A stretch of 64,000 bases of DNA from contig NC_043002.1 of NCBI RefSeq assembly GCF_006345805.1, positions 117,304,001-117,368,000 on the forward strand. The letters are read 5' to 3'. The stretch comes from Octopus sinensis (Eukaryota). The notes below the pieces were generated by a model that searched no databases, was not told the origin of the DNA, and was given only the letters and a program-made list of their open reading frames with translations. Within the stretch, counting starts at the first letter, position 1; the number at the start of each line of letters is the position of its first letter. Below, in pieces: positions 50,522 to 63,379 of this stretch. The translations under genes and the position numbers were made by a program.

Positions 50522-50690
50522 ATATGTTTGTGTGTCTGTGTTTGTCCCCCCAACATCGCTTGACAGCCGAGACCGATAAAATAAGTACTAGGCTTACAAA
50601 GAATAAGTCCTGGGGTCGATTTGCTCGACTAAAGGCGGTGCTCCAGCATGGCTGCAGTCAAGTGACTGAAACAAGTAAAAGAAAAAAGAA
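50294..50690 (+). mobile_element. tRNA-derived SINE family A (well preserved)
   Basis: GGCGTAGGAGTGGCTGTGTGGTAAG...GGGTTCAGTTCC (pol III A/B-box-like), CpGs retained, A-rich tail. Confidence 0.9.
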
Positions 50691-50994
50691 AAAGAAAGAA
50701 TTACATCATTAGAATCTTGAAGCTATGAGATAATGGTAGGATTAATTCAAAACAATGTGAATAAACAAGCATTACATTTGACAGAATAAAATCTGAATGC
50801 GAAAGGGTTAAAGCTTAATGGCAAATATATTCCGAGACCAAAGAAAAGACAGAAATGAAATGTATTTATAACAGAAATGTTATCAAGTTGTACCTTTCTA
50901 ATTTAGGTCACAAAGAACCCATGAGATAGTAAACAATCATAACAATTTTGTTTAAGGGAGTGTTATAGTAGTTTTATTACTTTTGGGAATCTAT

Positions 50995-51355
50995 TGTCTT
51001 TTATCTTGTTTCAGTCATAAAACTGCAGCCATTCTGGGGCACCACCTTGAAGAATTTTCGTCAGATTAATCGACCCCAGTATTTTATTTTCTAAATTCTG
51101 GTACTTATTCTATTGGTTCTCTTTTGTTGAACCATTAAGTTACAATGATTTAAGCACAGTGGTCAAACAGTGGTTGGGAACAAAGACTCAAACACACACA
51201 TCTATACAATGGGCTTTCAGTTTCCTTATATCAAATCCACTCACTAGGTTCTGGTTGGCTATAGTAGAAGACACTTTTCCATGGTGCTACACAGTGAAAC
51301 TGAGCCTGGAACCATATAGTTGGAAAACAAACTTCTTACCACTCAACCATGCTGT
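50995..51355 (-). mobile_element. tRNA-derived SINE family A
   Basis: Antisense diverged copy. Confidence 0.75.
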
Positions 51356-51536
51356 TTAAAAATCTTAAAGCAATAAACAAAGGGACAGTTGATACGAAGT
51401 CAACATTTTGCTGAGGAGTTGGCTTTGAAGATCCAATCTTACTGAAGTTAATTCCCTTAAATATCGCTACAGTGTGTCTTTGTGTACTGATTGTTCAGAT
51501 AATCTCACTTGATCAAAGTTTTTTTTTAATTCACAG

Positions 51537-51574
51537 TATTACATATGTGAGGCCTTATCATACTAGAACAATAG
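51537..51574 (+). CDS. Candidate exon (ITYVRPYHTRTI)
   Basis: T-tract...tcacag| acceptor and strong donor AG|gtgagg; only one frame is open (phase 2 to 1). Confidence 0.45.
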
Positions 51575-52879
51575 GTGAGGCTTAAGTATTTTGGTTATGT
51601 TATTGTCATTACTGAAAAGCTAAGTTGATATTTTGAGTCATGTCTTAAAAAATATTCAGTACTTCAGGTTAGAATGTAGAACATGTATTTTAAGAGATTT
51701 TAACATGTAATTGATTTATGAATGGTTTAGGTAGCTCACTGATTTGTGTATGTCTTTGTGAAGTAAAAACTATTACTGAAGTGTGAGGTTTTACACTTGT
51801 TTATTGAATATAGTTTGTGTTTTCACAGAGACTTTTCTACAACAAATCAATGTGGACTTCTTATTTTGTTTATTTTTTAACAAACTAGGAGCACACTCAC
51901 TATAATAATGTTGGTAAAATTATTTGGAGAAATGTGTTGAGGCTGATAAATATAAGATAAATGACTGCTTATCTTAAGGATAATATAACAGACAATTGAT
52001 ACTTTGAGTCAGTAATCTTTTCATAATAATTTAATTATATATCACATATCATTTATGTGAAGGTTATACAAAAAATATTCTAAATAATTAGATTGGATTT
52101 CAATTTTTATTGCATTCATAATAAGCCATTCAGTTGAGCTTTGAAAGTTTTGCAATTCTCTCCAACAAGTTTGTTTTTCTCTCATGAGACAGAACTTCAT
52201 TGTAAGTCAGATATCTTTTTAGTAAAAATAGTTGTTTTCATTAAAATAGGAATCTTATTAATGCAATGATTTTTAAAGAAATTATAGAAAGAAATAATGT
52301 AAAGTCTGTTGTTTCTCTGGAATTCTCCATATTCTTAATATTATTAAAATAGTATAAAAAAAAATTTTGTTTTCCTCTTCAGGACAAATAAGCACTTTAG
52401 TTCTGAGTTAATGATGCAACATTTTGATTGAATATAACCCATTGTAAAGTACTGTTTTCATTAAATGCAATGATGCACTTTCAATGACCAACATCCTACA
52501 CTTTATTCAAAAGAAAACCACCTGAAAAACTTCAATTATTCTCATTATGCTGTATCTTCTATCTTACTGGAACCAACTTTGTTTTCTTGTATTCATCTTG
52601 CTGCTTGTTAATGCAGCAAACATTTCATGGAGCCTTTCAGTTTAAGCACTACCATCACTTCGCTGCTGGGCTTACATTGTGACAAACTTAAGCTTAAAAT
52701 TTACATTAACAGCACCAGTCTTAAGTGTTTGATATCTATACTCTGAAATCTGTTTTGCATTTCACACGTTTTTGAATTGGCTGTTATATGGCAATTGATC
52801 CTTATCAACAAATTAACTGGAAAGTGGCACTAGTATGTGATATTTTAGATATTTAAATTCATCAATAATATATAGGCAG

Positions 52880-53450
52880 GCATGGCCTGTTTCCACACAA
52901 TGAAAATGACTTCCTATGAGGATCAAGTGGCTTCCATCCATGTTGCTCACAAACAACCACAGTAGTAACCTCCAAGGAGTTCTTCCCTGTAGGTTCAATA
53001 TAGGAGGCTAAATGATGCTGGGGTAATATGATCCTCCCAGGTTTTGCCACAGATGAATTGCCCTCTCTTTATAATATAGGACTCCTGCCTAATGTATTAC
53101 ACAGTCAATAGTGGTCTCTACCATATTGAACTGCTCAATGATGGCCTTCATCAATTAACTGATCTGACGATGTCTGAATATGCTCTTTTCTCTTGACCAA
53201 TTATAACATATCTCTTCAGTGGCCTCCAGCTGATTCCCAATCTTGGACACAAGGGATCTGGTCATGTTCAAAGAACTGGTCATTTTCAAATCCTTGTGCT
53301 TGGTGGCCAGAGCCACAAATGTTAGCAGGCCTCCTTTTAATTTTCTGTCAGATTGAAATTTACCACTATTGATTCCTTTTTTGTCTGAAACAGAAATTAA
53401 GATGTTCAAATTTGGTGCATGCCTTATAACATGTTGGTTAGTCTTCCACT
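52880..53450 (-). mobile_element. Decayed maT/mariner-like transposase
   Basis: Minus-strand LNMTRSLVSKIGNQLEAT and MKAIIEQF...SYIIKRGQFI. Confidence 0.55.
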
Positions 53451-53814
53451 TGTGACCTTTTCACTGTATGAGAGAACTGCATATGAATATCTGCTGCTCT
53501 TTGGAAACAGCATGTAATACTGTCATGTATTCATTTTCCCCCGAGTCTGAAACTTGGGACATACAGAGAGAGAGACTCTAAAGTGAAAAGCTAGAGTGTT
53601 AACCTCTTGTGAAAAACTCTTTTGATGGATGAATAATGTAGTTGTTTCTTTATTAAATTTTATATAATGTGGAGGAGTAGTAGTAGAGGAAAACAAAACC
53701 ATTAATCTGCATTCTGTCGATTAGAAAAGTGTATACATTTGCATAATGATAAGGTTACATATAGCATTGACAATCTAATATTTCTTAGCAGAACATCAAT
53801 CATTTGTGCTATAG

Positions 53815-53892
53815 CCTATCTCCTTGAAACATGCTTTTTTTAATTTCCATAAATTTAAAAAGCCATTATTGACTGGCATTCAAGACATTCAG
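53815..53892 (+). CDS. Candidate exon (PISLKHAFFNFHKFKKPLLTGIQDIQ)
   Basis: tatag| acceptor and CAG|gtgtct donor, phase 0-0. Confidence 0.25.
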
Positions 53893-54117
53893 GTGTCTCT
53901 TGACAAACTAACTTTCTTGCAACATTATGGAATACCAACAGAATTTTAATACAGGTGAAAACTATTTCAAAATCAATCATTAACCATAGTGATTACACTT
54001 TTGTATTGTCGGTTTCAGAAATTTTTTTAATAAAGAACATATTGGTTGCCATGAGTTTATAGAACACTATTATAGTTCTGGGTGGGTTCAAAAATGAGAG
54101 AGAAAGAGTCAAGCCAG

Positions 54118-54151
<34 letters not shown>

Positions 54152-54669
54152 ACACTTTAATGTCCGCTTTCCATGCTGGCAATTGTTGGATGGTTTAACA
54201 AGAGGTGGCTAGGTCGAAGACTGCACCATGCTTCACTGTATGTTTTGGCATGGTTTTTACAACTGGATACCCTTCCTAACAGCAACCACTTCACAGAAAT
54301 TCTATCATACCATCCTCAATTACATTCTATAATTTAGTCATCATTATTGCAAAATTTTACTCACTTAGCTATTCCAAGAACAAGAGCGGCTTGGAAATAA
54401 TTTGATATTGGTTTAGTTTTATAAATTGCACAAATCCGAATATTTTTTAAAATTAATTTCCTTTCTTTCCACAAAATTATAATTATCAGTTTTATACTGA
54501 TGTTTTTTTTAGAAACTACATACAAATTTTATCATTGCAGATAATTTTACTTAAACAGAAAATGATTGTCACTTATATTAGTATTATATCCTTACATCAT
54601 CATCGTTTAGCGTCCGTTTTCCACGGATTAATTAATTTAAATTGCTGCTGCATTAATTTCTAACTTCAG

Positions 54670-54705
54670 AAAAAAATGTTTGTTGCTTAGAAGGAATTTT
54701 CTAAG
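54670..54705 (+). CDS. Candidate micro-exon (KKCLLLRRNFLR)
   Basis: ctaacttcag| acceptor and AAG|gtataa donor; only phase 2-2 is open and it joins 56026 in frame. Confidence 0.5.
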
Positions 54706-54960
54706 GTATAAAAAATGTATGAATTTTGTCTGAAGAGGAAAATATTTAATTAAAGCATTCCATTTCTGTGTTTTTGATTAATATATTTTTTTTTAATGCT
54801 ATTAAATTACAATATTTTGTTGCCCTCTTTTATCGCCATAGCTTTTTAAGGATTGGAAGTATATAGTGAGCTTAAAACATGGTGAGACAGTTTTCAGAAA
54901 GTAGCATTTAAAAATTTAGGTATGACATCAGGGATACTGTATTTCTAATATTACATCTGA

Positions 54961-55182
54961 TTAAGGCAGTGAGTTAGCAGCATTGTTAGCATGCCAGGCA
55001 AAATGTTTAGTGGCATTTCATCTGTCTTTACGTTCTGAGTTCAAATTCCACCAAGGTCAACTTAGCCGTTCATCCTTTCAGGGTTGATACAGTAAATACC
55101 AGTTACACGCTGGGGTTGATGTAATTGACTTATCCCCAACCCTGAAGTTGCTGGCCTTGTGCCAAGATTTGAAACCAATATT
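54961..55182 (+). mobile_element. tRNA-derived SINE family C
   Basis: Similar to 44668-44890. Confidence 0.75.
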
Positions 55183-55564
55183 AGGCTTGATTTTTATTTA
55201 TTGCCTTTTAATCAATGAGAAACATTTGTGAGTTAAGGTGAGCGAGATGAGATACTCCACTGCTTCTAGTATTGGCAGATTCAGATTTACTTAGTGACTT
55301 TGCTCACAAATTTTAGAGTGGTGTGGGGTAATTGACTGTATTTACCATGCTGCTTGATTGGAGGTGAAAGCTAGTGATTTTAGCAGGATTTGAATTAATA
55401 ATTTTGGAAAAAAAAAACCCATTTGATTTTAGTGAAAACTTTATCCTTATTTAACATCAAATATCAATATCACTGAATTTTGTCTATTTGAATTCATATT
55501 TTGAATTAATTTTACGCTAGACACATGCACATGCATGTGAAGTTTACTAGTTTCTTTTATTCTT

Positions 55565-55860
55565 TTACTTGTTTCAGTCACTTGACTGTGGCCATACTGA
55601 AGCACCACCTTTAAGGGTTTTTAATCAAAGAAATCAACCCCAAGACTTGTTCTTTGTAAGCCTAGTACTTATTCTATCGGTTCTTTATACACACACACAT
55701 GCACAACTGGCTTCTTTCAGTTTCCATCTACGAAATTCACTTGCAAGACTTTGGTCGGCTCTAGGTTATACTAAAAGACACCTGCCCAAGATGCCACGCG
55801 GAGGGACTGAACCTGGAACCATGTGGTTGGGAAGCAAGCTTCTTACCACACAGCCAAGTC
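55565..55860 (-). mobile_element. tRNA-derived SINE family A
   Basis: Antisense copy. Confidence 0.8.
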
Positions 55861-56025
55861 TGTGTTTAGAGAAAGAGTAAAAATTAAGATTTTATTTGAA
55901 GTGTTGACAACCTTTCTTATGTTTCATTAAAAAATAAAATAAGGTTCACGTCTGTATTACATTAATGAATACTAACGTAATAAACAAAATGTGTACGTTA
56001 TTTATTTCTACTTTTGGTGTTAAAG

Positions 56026-56163
56026 AAATGTAGAGGCCAAGTCAGTTGAAGATTACATTGAAAGTGCATTTAATTTAGACAAACCAGTTTTTCTTCATTC
56101 AGTTTCTGGTCGTAGTTTAACTGATCAACTTAGTGGAAGAGAAGAAGTTAAACAATACAATCT
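56026..56163 (+). CDS. Candidate exon (NVEAKSVEDYIESAFNLDKPVFLHSVSGRSLTDQLSGREEVKQYN)
   Basis: 45 open codons with protein-like composition, pyrimidine tract before taaag|, donor CT|gtaatg (or a terminal TAA). Confidence 0.55.
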
Positions 56164-56769
56164 GTAATGTAAACTTAGTTATTCCTCCACCCTCACCCTT
56201 TTTTAAGTTGTGCAACTGTGAGGGAGGGGAGAAAAAGTCGAGCCTTTCTGATCTTGCTAAAAATAAGGATGCATTCTGAATCTATCAGTGCTATAATGTT
56301 AGCTGAGTGGAAGTGACTAGAAGTGACAATATATAAATCCTACACTAATATCAAAATATTTCCAAGCTTCTTTTATCTCAGGAATAGCCGAGATTTCATT
56401 TATATTTCTAAGGTATATATAGAACATAATTGAGGTCTGGTATAATAGAATTTTTATGAAGAACACACGCACACCAGACAGACTGGGTATGAGAAGACAT
56501 TGGCTATTTTATGCTATAGATGATTGTATTGCTATTGACATAGATTATGAAAGAATAGTACATGCTATATAAAAAGAATGAATTTGAAACAATAACACCA
56601 GTGGTTGAGGTTGTTGAACAGAATTTTACAAATATTAAACATATTGGCCATGAAAATGTGATCATGCAAAATTGTTGACCCCTTAGCAGTATGGTAAAGT
56701 AATATTAAAGCAAGTTAGTGGAACAATTTTCCAACACAGAAATTCTTTTAAAAAATAGAAACATTTCAG

Positions 56770-56838
56770 TTGGGGCAATTTCTTCACATTGATGGAATTG
56801 GTAACACGTTAGATGTCTTCACAGTATACTTTATTGAA
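56770..56838 (+). CDS. Candidate exon (LGQFLHIDGIGNTLDVFTVYFIE)
   Basis: tttcag| acceptor and consensus donor GAA|gtaagt; phase 0 end matches 60889. Confidence 0.45.
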
Positions 56839-57349
56839 GTAAGTCATAAAGAATAATCGATTAAGTTCGATTTTTTTTTTTTTTTTTTTTTTTTTCATAT
56901 TTTGTTGGAGCCTAACTGTATATTCCTTCCCTTAGTTCCAAGTTAATCTCACTAACTCATTATGAAAGGATTAATTCATCATTAAGCTTAGTGTCAATCA
57001 AAATGGAGTGAGAAAGTGTTAAGATTAATGATAGTTTTATAGGTCAATTTGAGATTTGTTACAGATTTACTCTTTGTATTCTTGTCATTTTGACTGTTTT
57101 AATACAATAAGTTCATAAATTCAGCATAGGGAAAATATCTTGATTTTATTTTCTGGCAAACTTCAAACTATTGGTCCTTAATCAAAATTTTACCATTTAA
57201 TGTATGGAAACCCATAATTCTGGCTATTGTTATTTCTTATCCTTTTGTTTTTTACCCCAACTTCCTCAAAATAGTAATCTCCAATCTATACCCTTCTACT
57301 TCAACTTTCTGGTATTTTTATATAAATTGTCCTCAGTACTCACTATGTA

Positions 57350-57705
57350 GGCACAGGTGTGGTTCTGTAGTAAGGATTTTGCTTCCCAACCACATGGTTC
57401 CAAGTTGAGTCCCACTGTGTAGCACCTTCAGCAAATGTCTTCCATTATTACCCCAGGTCAGCCAAACTCTTGTTAGTGGATTTGGTAGATGGAAACTGAA
57501 AGAAGTTCATTGTGTGTGTGTGTGTTTGTCCCCCATCCCACCACTTGACAGTTGGTGTTGGTTTGTTTACATCCCATTAACCTTGCAATTGGGCAAAAGA
57601 GACTGATAGGATGAGTACCAGCTTAAAAAAAAAAGTACTAGGATCAACTTGTTCCACTAAACTCTTCAAGGTGATGCAGCATAGCTACAGTCTAATGACT
57701 GAAAT
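57350..57705 (+). mobile_element. tRNA-derived SINE family A
   Basis: Similar to 50294-50690. Confidence 0.8.
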
Positions 57706-58016
57706 AAGCAAAATATATAAATGTAACATAAGACCCTGCAGGCCCAATAAGATTTTGTCATATAACAACACCGGTTCTCTATATGGACTGTTCCTTACCT
57801 GTTGATCACTTGTTTGTATCGCAACTACTTTCATGAATAAGGACTATCCACATCTAATATAATAATGAGCATAGTGTTTTTATATATTTGTGTGTGTATA
57901 TATATATATATATTTATAAATAATAGTAATAATAAAATGACAACAAAAGAATGAGACCTTGATATTAGGTAAATAGAGGACTATATATATATGTATAGTA
58001 TTGGACACTCAGTAAG

Positions 58017-58089
58017 TTGTCATAATAGGACTCAGTTTCAAATGCTGGAGCTATGAGCTACGATGCATTTTCGTTGGCTATTTTGACAA
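58017..58089 (-). ncRNA. Type I hammerhead ribozyme copy, core mutated (CCAACGA)
   Basis: Perfect stem I AATAG/CTATT plus TTGTCA/TGACAA, stem II AAATGC/GCATTT, GAAA-CTGAG-TC. Confidence 0.65.
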
Positions 58090-59221
58090 TAGACACTATG
58101 AAAAAAATCCGTTGAATAAAAGCAAAGTTACTCTGACTGGAAAAATTATAAAAGATGAGAAAATAATTAAAATTGTAAAAAATACATGCAATCATATTCT
58201 CACAAAACATACAAAACCTTTTGCATTCATGAAGTCTACATACGTACACACTCACAAACATGTTTATATATATGCCTATACACACACAAAACATGTGCAT
58301 TTATGTGTTCATACACATCTCTACATGCACACACACACATACACACACATATATATATATATATATACATGTATAAATATACACACACATGCATACACAT
58401 ATATATATGGCTGACACCTTGTTAAGAACCATATAAGACAAGCAAATTATCCAGTCATATTCGGTTCTTACATGAACAAGGTGTCAGCTGTCAGATTTAC
58501 TGGAAGATCTTGGCCAAGTGTAAACCTCATACCAACGGCAGTGGTAAGTGCGGTCTTTGTGATATGGAAAGATGGCTCATCTGGAAAAGTTCCTTAGATT
58601 CCACTACATGTCTAAATTCAAGAACTGAACTTTTTGGATCATGTCTACATATATCCAAAATACTTGCTACGGTTTTGGGCTCCCCAAGATCATGGATAGA
58701 ACCTGCTATTTTATTGTTCTCGTACAAGCCTTCCATATGTCTTAACATTTTTTATTGTTTTATATATATATTTTTTATATTTTTTCACGTTTTCCTTTTT
58801 TAATTGTATGATTCTATACGTGTGTGAGTATATGTATGCATATTAAATGTGTGTGCGTGTGTATATATGTCTGTGTATATATGCAGTTGTGTATTGATAG
58901 GAGAGTGTATATATATGTGTATATCTGTATACATATGTACATATATACGTGTATGTGTGTGTATATATATGTATGGGTGTGTAGAGATGTGTTTATGAGC
59001 ACGTAAATGTACGTATATGTGTGTGTATGGGTATATATATATATATATGTTTGTGTCAGTGTTTACGTATGTAGACTTTACAAACGTAGAAGGTTTTATA
59101 TGTATTGTGAGAATATGGTTGCATGTATTTTTTATAATTTATATTTTTTATCTTTTATAATTTTTCCTGTTGATGACAGTAACTTCCCTCTTATTGAACA
59201 GCTTTTTTTTTTTAGCGTCTA

Positions 59222-59294
59222 TTGTCAAAATAGCTGATGAAGATGCATCGTAGCGCTTAGCTCCAGCATTTGAAACTGAGTCTTCTTATGACAA
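59222..59294 (+). ncRNA. Type I hammerhead ribozyme with intact catalytic core
   Basis: CTGATGA (59234-40), stem II AGATGC/GCATTT, GAAA (59272-75), stem III AC-TGA-GT, GTC cleavage triplet (59280-82); stem I has one mismatch plus a 6-bp distal extension. Confidence 0.8.
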
Positions 59295-59327
59295 CTTACT
59301 GAGTGTCCTATACTATATGTGTGTGTA

Positions 59328-59368
<41 letters not shown>

Positions 59369-60888
59369 TGTGTAAGATATAAGTTAGAGGTTATGCAACC
59401 ATCTACAGGATAGATGTATCCATAGGCACTCCTGGTATATAACCTCAGTATGTATGGTCCTTGTTATAAGGTGTATGGTAGTAGGTAATTTAAAGGTAAA
59501 ACAGTGGTTTGATATATAGAGAGATGATAAGAAATGGAGCAATAATTAACAATGAGAAGTGGATCATTGGTGTTTTAAAGACATTATTCTAATTAAATAA
59601 TGACTTATATATATTTGTCCAGAATCATGCCGGAGGAGGAGAGAAAATAGTAATTCAGTGAAGGAGAAGTAGTGAGAGTAATAGCCCTGACTGAGAGTGA
59701 GTGAGAGAAAGGAAGGTTGATAGATGAATAAGGAGGTGGGTTAAAAAAATCAATGTTTCAACTCTGTGTGAGTAATGTGTGTGTTTGTGTGTGTGTATAC
59801 AAGGGAAATATGTGAATGTTTCTATGTGTGATTATTATGTACCTTATTTTGTACCTTACAATAAAATACTATAATCAGCCATCATTATTGATGGCACATG
59901 GTCAGCTAGTGTAACTAATAAACATCCAACTAACACTAATGGGAAAAACAGGTGTAAAAATAGATAAATATGTCATATAGTTCACACACATCTATATCTA
60001 GATAAGTTTGATGTAATGTATACATTCATTAAATAAATGCTAGAATCTGAGAAAATCTTGCATTTAAAAAAAAATCCCCCTCCCTACAGAATACAAACTT
60101 ATCTTGTAGTCTCAAGTCAATACAGTAACTGATATGTGGCTGCATTAATCTAAAAATACTGACTTAAGGTTATTTTTGTACTTCAAAATGTCCAAGTTGT
60201 TTTGAAATATAGTTTTCATTTAATTTCAGATGATAGAAAGTTATGCATGTTGGATACTACTTTTTTTCTTTTCGTGTTTTCAGTGTGAGGTTTCTTTGTT
60301 GAATTGACAGTCGTATCTATTGATACTACCTATTATCATGGTGATCAAAAATAGTTTCTGTATCCTAAATCTGTTCATGGGTTTTCTCTCAAATATAACC
60401 TGACTTACAACTGATAGTAAAATGTTGTTGCAACAAGTTGTTTCAATTACCTCTGTTGTACCACTTTTGCTTTTATTGAAATAGAGCTTGATGCAGTTTT
60501 TGTAACTTGAAAATAACTTTTTTGTACTATTTGAAATATTTTACTTGTAGAAGCAATTAAATGAAAAAGTAGGTCTCTTATGAAAAAAGGCTGGGTAATT
60601 TTCAGACAAAATTTGCTTGCAAAAAAAACCCAGTTTCTTTCTCAAGCCATTAAACTCTTAAGAAAAAACTATATCTCATTGTCTAAATATCATTATCTAA
60701 GAGTATGTACTTCACCATTTATAGTTTTCTTGTATATAATGTTAGTATTTGTATGTTCCTACTTATTGGAAATATTATATGCAAAACATTTCAATTTTCT
60801 TTGAAATTTTATTTTCTCATTTTAATTTTTAATAACTTTTTTTTTGTGTATTGATTATCTAATCAATATCTTTTATATTTTGTGATAG

Positions 60889-60952
60889 ATTTATGAAGCA
60901 CATATTACTGACATAGACTTCTATGACAAGTTAACTATTGTTGAAGAAGATT
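60889..60952 (+). CDS. Candidate exon (IYEAHITDIDFYDKLTIVEED)
   Basis: T-rich tract ending gatag|, donor T|gtaaag, phase 0 to 1. Confidence 0.5.
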
Positions 60953-61110
60953 GTAAAGTCAAAAATATTTTCACCCTTCTATGATCATTTTTTTTTCTTA
61001 CTTTATATGCTTTGTTTCTTAATTTCGTACTGTTGAAGTACGTTCTACGTTAAGGCTTTCGGTTGGTCCTTATGTATTTCCCTATAAGTTTATCATATAC
61101 ATTAACGTAA

Positions 61111-61252
61111 GTGCAGGTGTGGCTGTGTGGTAAGAAGCTTGTTTCCCAACCACATGGTTCCGGGTTCAGTTCCACTGCATATCTCCTTGGGCAAGAGTTT
61201 TCTATATCCTGAAGGCATTCAAAGCCTTGTGAGTGGATTTGGTAGGCAGAAA

Positions 61253-61288
<36 letters not shown>

Positions 61289-61525
61289 GTGAGAATTTGC
61301 AGGAAAACAAAAGATGAAAACGGGTGTGTAAACAATTGTCCCCCACCAAAGCTTGACAACCAGTGTTTGTGTGTTTATGTCCCTGTAACTTAGCAGTTTG
61401 GCAAAGGAGATCAATAGAATAAGTAAAAGGCATAAAATAAATAAGCTCTGAGGTTGATTTGTTCAACTAAAGCCCAAGTCCCCAATGTAGCCACATTCAA
61501 ATGACTGAAAACAGTAAAAGGTAAA
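61111..61525 (+). mobile_element. tRNA-derived SINE family A
   Basis: Similar to 50294-50690. Confidence 0.8.
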
Positions 61526-61722
61526 ATATATGTATATTGTAACTGGATTATGTGGGTTTGATGTGTGGACAGGAAGTAGTTAGAGAGAGAGAGGTAAAAG
61601 GAAAGAGAAATGGAATGAGGGAGAGAAGCAGGTAAAGCTGAGGTGTTTAAGGAGGCAAAGGTGAGAGGAGAAGGATTACTGAAATAAGCTCATTGGAATA
61701 GAAGGAAAAACATGTATTAAAG

Positions 61723-61954
61723 CAGTGGTTCCCAAACATTTTTGGGCTGTTTGCTCCCTTGGCATTCAGGCCACATTCCTAGCGTTCCCCCTCACCACTA
61801 CATAGTCCACTTTCTGTAGCAAATTCAAAACAACTGTATTTTACAAGTAAAACTTAACCTAATTAACCCATTATATTGTTTTTACATCCATCACTCCCTT
61901 TTGGCCACACCATTATCACCGCACTTTTGTCAGTGCCTACTTTGGGAACCACTG
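61723..61954. mobile_element. hAT-type MITE
   Basis: 14-bp TIRs CAGTGGTTCCCAAA and TTTGGGAACCACTG; degenerate 8-bp flanks (tattaaag/atttacag). Confidence 0.8.
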
Positions 61955-63379
61955 ATTTACAGCTATCAGTGATATGGTACCAAGTTTGAATATGTGAAAC
62001 ATGCCTTTCATTTCCTTTTTTAAGTGGATCAATGGTGTGTGATATTGCATGCTGATAAGTGAGTAATGGAATAGCCTGTTGTGCTGAAGTGGGTGGCAAC
62101 AGGTTGGCCAGGGATACATAGTAGTATACTTCAAATGTATTCCTGAAAGTGATCAGCAAGGCCTTGACCAGCTTCTCCTACATAAAGGGCACTACAATAC
62201 ATATACAATATATAATACTGGAAGATGTGCAACAGAAGCTATAATGTGATATTGTGATTTAGGCCCAGCTGTGGCTGTAGTGTTGTTAATGTAGGGATAG
62301 GTGTTGCATCATCAGCAAGTGCATTTCAAAGTACCTGGTTGTGTGGAGCTGGGCACTGGGGAGGTTGTATGTATTTGTGTGTGTGTATTTATGTGTATGT
62401 ATAATATATATAGTTTCTCATTGTTCAATTTAGATTTTTTATCACTGCTACTGCCTAGTATATTTTACTCACATGGATGCTTATAAAATATTAAGACTAC
62501 CAAAAGGTTATCTGTGTCTCATTGAGGAGGGGGTGCCTAAATTGTTTGTTTATTGAACGCCAGGTGATATTCCATCTCCACTGTATCTTACACTTTGATT
62601 TATTACATGTTTCAACTTGTCTGATTGTTTGTAACTAATTTTAGTTCTTTCATTTTTTCTTGTTTTTCCATATATTTTTTTCTTTATTTATCTCTCCTTC
62701 ACTTTCCTTACTTCTTATCCCTCTAGATCTCACAACCTTTTTTAATATCATTATTTGTACTTCCACACCTTACATATTTTTATTGATGTTTCTGTGCTCT
62801 TAAATATCAATCTGCTACTAGAAGAATCACACTCTTGCCACTCTTTCTGAACAAAAAAATTTGGTGCTTCTAAGCCTCTGGCTGGAATATATTGAGATTT
62901 CATATTTATGTATCAATAATAATTTCTACTTGTTTGATGTAGATTACTACATCAATCTGCACACCTGTTTACTCAATACACATTATTGCATCAACCTGTC
63001 CCTGAATTTTTTAAACAACTACTTAGGAATATATGTTTGCTTCACTAGTTATACTTATGATTACATTTATATACCCTCCTTTGTATATTATATAAATGAT
63101 ATAATGCCATACGTATGTTTGTCCAATTTTTTTTTTTTTTTTACAAACTCAGTTACTCAAGTTCTTATAGTCAACTATTGTCCTATGGAATTATTTTTGC
63201 CCTTAGGTAGTTGGAATTTTAAGAGTTTGGGATTTTCCTAGTACTAATCTGTTCATCTGTTGTATACTTATACTAGCATCTTTGCACCTATTTTGTGTGT
63301 GTGTACACACACACACAGGACTGAGTCTGACACTTTGCATTAAGGGAAAAGAAAATACAATATCTCATCCAAAAATAAA

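Larger units (their letters stand above)
57980..59330. mobile_element. Penelope-like element remnant: GIY-YIG C-terminal fragment flanked by ~400-bp inverted repeats
   Basis: 58510-58680 reads KCKPHTNGSGKCGLCDMERWLI...LNSRTELFGSCLHISK (Penelope C.LC..EK...LN.R.E...C.H). 58003-58410 is the reverse complement of ~58830-59308. Confidence 0.85.

Noticed and set aside
62861-63241. 126-aa hydrophobic ORF
   Set aside because: Non-ATG start and AT-biased composition; the region looks more like a decayed Penelope-like RT relic, too degraded to call.
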